DNA of 60,478 bases, from IMG/VR virus record IMGVR_UViG_3300010354_000096, positions 1-60,478 of that record. The stretch is one strand, 5' to 3'. The stretch comes from a virus. Its lineage: Duplodnaviria; Caudoviricetes. Of this stretch, positions 59,076 through 60,478 are shown piece after piece (the first letter of the stretch is position 1; each line of letters begins with the position of its first letter). The notes below the pieces were generated by a model. It searched no databases. It was not told the origin of the DNA and saw only the letters and a program-made list of their open reading frames with translations. The position numbers were made by a program, and so were the translations under genes.

Positions 59076-60478
59076 AAAATAAAGTATTACAACTTATAAA
59101 AGAAATGAATCTTGCTATCTTCAATGAAAATGATTTGATAGATAAGCAGATTATTGTTTTATATCCAGGTACTTTTAATCCAATGGCTTTGCACCATAAA
59201 GAAGAATATGATAGATTGTGCCGTAAGTTTGGTTCAGATAATGTATACATTGTTACCGATGATATGCAAGATGCTATAAGAAAACCACTTACGTTTGCAG
59301 AAAAAAATGCTATAATGAAGCGTCATAATGTGAAGAATGTTATTAAAACAACAAATCCGTATAACCCACTCGAATTGTTGGAAGACTTCGATCCAACGCA
59401 TACCGTGGTTATATATGCCGTTGGGAAAGATAATATCGGTAAGTTAAATCAATTCAAACGGTTAACTAAGTATAATAAAGCATCTAATTTACCGTACAAA
59501 GATATTCAGAATCCTTATTTATATTATACAATTACAAATCATGTTGTTTATAATATACCTAGCTTTGGTCAAATGAATCAGGAAAATATTCAAAAGGCAT
59601 TGGGTGATAGAACAGCTAAATTAACAGAATTAAAATCTCGTTTTATTTCTATTTTTGGTTGGTTTGATGCTCAGATTTTTAATACAGTTATTGCAAGAAT
59701 GAATATAAAACGTGGTGAAATGATTGAAGTGAAAAAGAAAAAAGAAGGTGAGTTAAGACCACTTCACATGATAACAAGAAAGTTTTGGGATAAAGTATTT
59801 GAATCTGTTATAACAGAAGAAATAATAGCTTATCACAGAAGTTCAAAAAATTTTCATAAGTTTGATATATCAAATGTTAGTGTTGATAGTAATAAACAAA
59901 GGTATGGATATGGGCTTTATTTTTCTGATAATATACCACATAATCAGTACGGTGATTACTTATATAAAGTAAAACTTTTTAAAGATAAAAAAGATTATGT
60001 TTTGATAGATATGAAGAGTCCAGTTGAAGAAAATATAGTTAATAAAATTGTAGAAGCGTTAGATAGGTTGAATAAAAAATCTGATGAAGTTATTGAATTT
60101 GCATATAGTGGTTATCTTTTTTATAAAACGTTATCAAGAATTTTAGGTGGTGATAAATACGCTTCTTTATTTTTATTTAATAATGGCGTTGATGGTTTAA
60201 AAAATAGGATAAGTAATAATTGGAATGATTATATATTATTTAATGATGATTCTATAAATATTGAAGATATTAAATATGACAAAGTATTTGAAAATGTTAT
60301 AACAGAAGAAATAGAACAAATAAATGAAGTAGCAACATTACCAACTGGTTTATTGAAAGAAATAGAACCAGTTGCCGTAGAACTTTTTAAGGAAATTGCT
60401 GATTTAATACGATTAGATTCAAGTTTTCTTGGATTTAAGCGTATTTTGCTTCCTAGAGTAAAATCTGGATTTGAACAT
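59072..60478 (+). CDS. multidomain protein absent from the ORF track and running off the window: nucleotidyltransferase-like domain + ADP-ribosyltransferase-like domain
   Basis: TTG at 59072 (TTGA overlap, GGAG at 59061), frame open to the end. IVLYPGTFNPMALHH (HIGH-like), then IAYHRS..F.KFD..YGYGLYFSD..YG.YLYKV..NGVDG..DYILFN. Confidence 0.8.
   Translation, partial: MKNKVLQLIKEMNLAIFNENDLIDKQIIVLYPGTFNPMALHHKEEYDRLCRKFGSDNVYIVTDDMQDAIRKPLTFAEKNAIMKRHNVKNVIKTTNPYNPLELLEDFDPTHTVVIYAVGKDNIGKLNQFKRLTKYNKASNLPYKDIQNPYLYYTITNHVVYNIPSFGQMNQENIQKALGDRTAKLTELKSRFISIFGWFDAQIFNTVIARMNIKRGEMIEVKKKKEGELRPLHMITRKFWDKVFESVITEEIIAYHRSSKNFHKFDISNVSVDSNKQRYGYGLYFSDNIPHNQYGDYLYKVKLFKDKKDYVLIDMKSPVEENIVNKIVEALDRLNKKSDEVIEFAYSGYLFYKTLSRILGGDKYASLFLFNNGVDGLKNRISNNWNDYILFNDDSINIEDIKYDKVFENVITEEIEQINEVATLPTGLLKEIEPVAVELFKEIADLIRLDSSFLGFKRILLPRVKSGFEH
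59789..60313 (+). repeat. 36-bp direct repeats (59789-59824 and 60278-60313, 33/36 identical) flanking the ART-like domain
   Basis: GATAAAGTATTTGAATCTGTTATAACAGAAGAAATA versus GACAAAGTATTTGAAAATGTTATAACAGAAGAAATA; same frame, 489 nt apart. Confidence 0.9.

Noticed and set aside
3081-59250. Minus-strand and nested short ORFs in the track (e.g. 5167-5736, 9842-10315, 19901-20233, 59029-59250)
   Set aside because: They overlap long motif-bearing plus-strand genes and have no recognisable motifs; most likely shadow frames.
1-60478. Active stop-codon recoding, tRNA or rRNA genes
   Set aside because: Genes are uninterrupted under code 11 and intergenic gaps are short and AT-rich with no cloverleaf visible.

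Overview
AT-rich, densely coded, single-strand (+) segment of a large tailed dsDNA phage with a T4-like contractile-tail baseplate. It runs: ClpP and a gp55-like late sigma factor; baseplate hub/spike, tail lysins and gp25/gp6-like wedge genes; a family of paralogous baseplate proteins; an island of endonuclease I, primase and fused Mre11-Rad50; several tail-fibre genes; a giant RCC1-repeat protein; glycosyl/methyltransferases; and a truncated polyprotein with an ADP-ribosyltransferase-like cassette. Promoter motifs point to a Bacteroidota/Chlorobi-group host. The most striking observation is in the ~2,840-aa RCC1 protein: its 56 blades parse into eight 7-bladed propellers nested inside one another like balanced parentheses (a branched tree four levels deep) rather than a simple tandem string. 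A ninth complete propeller of the same family sits in-frame inside a baseplate protein. No tRNA, rRNA, CRISPR array, integrase or reverse transcriptase was seen. All calls come from reading motifs by eye; no database searches were run.
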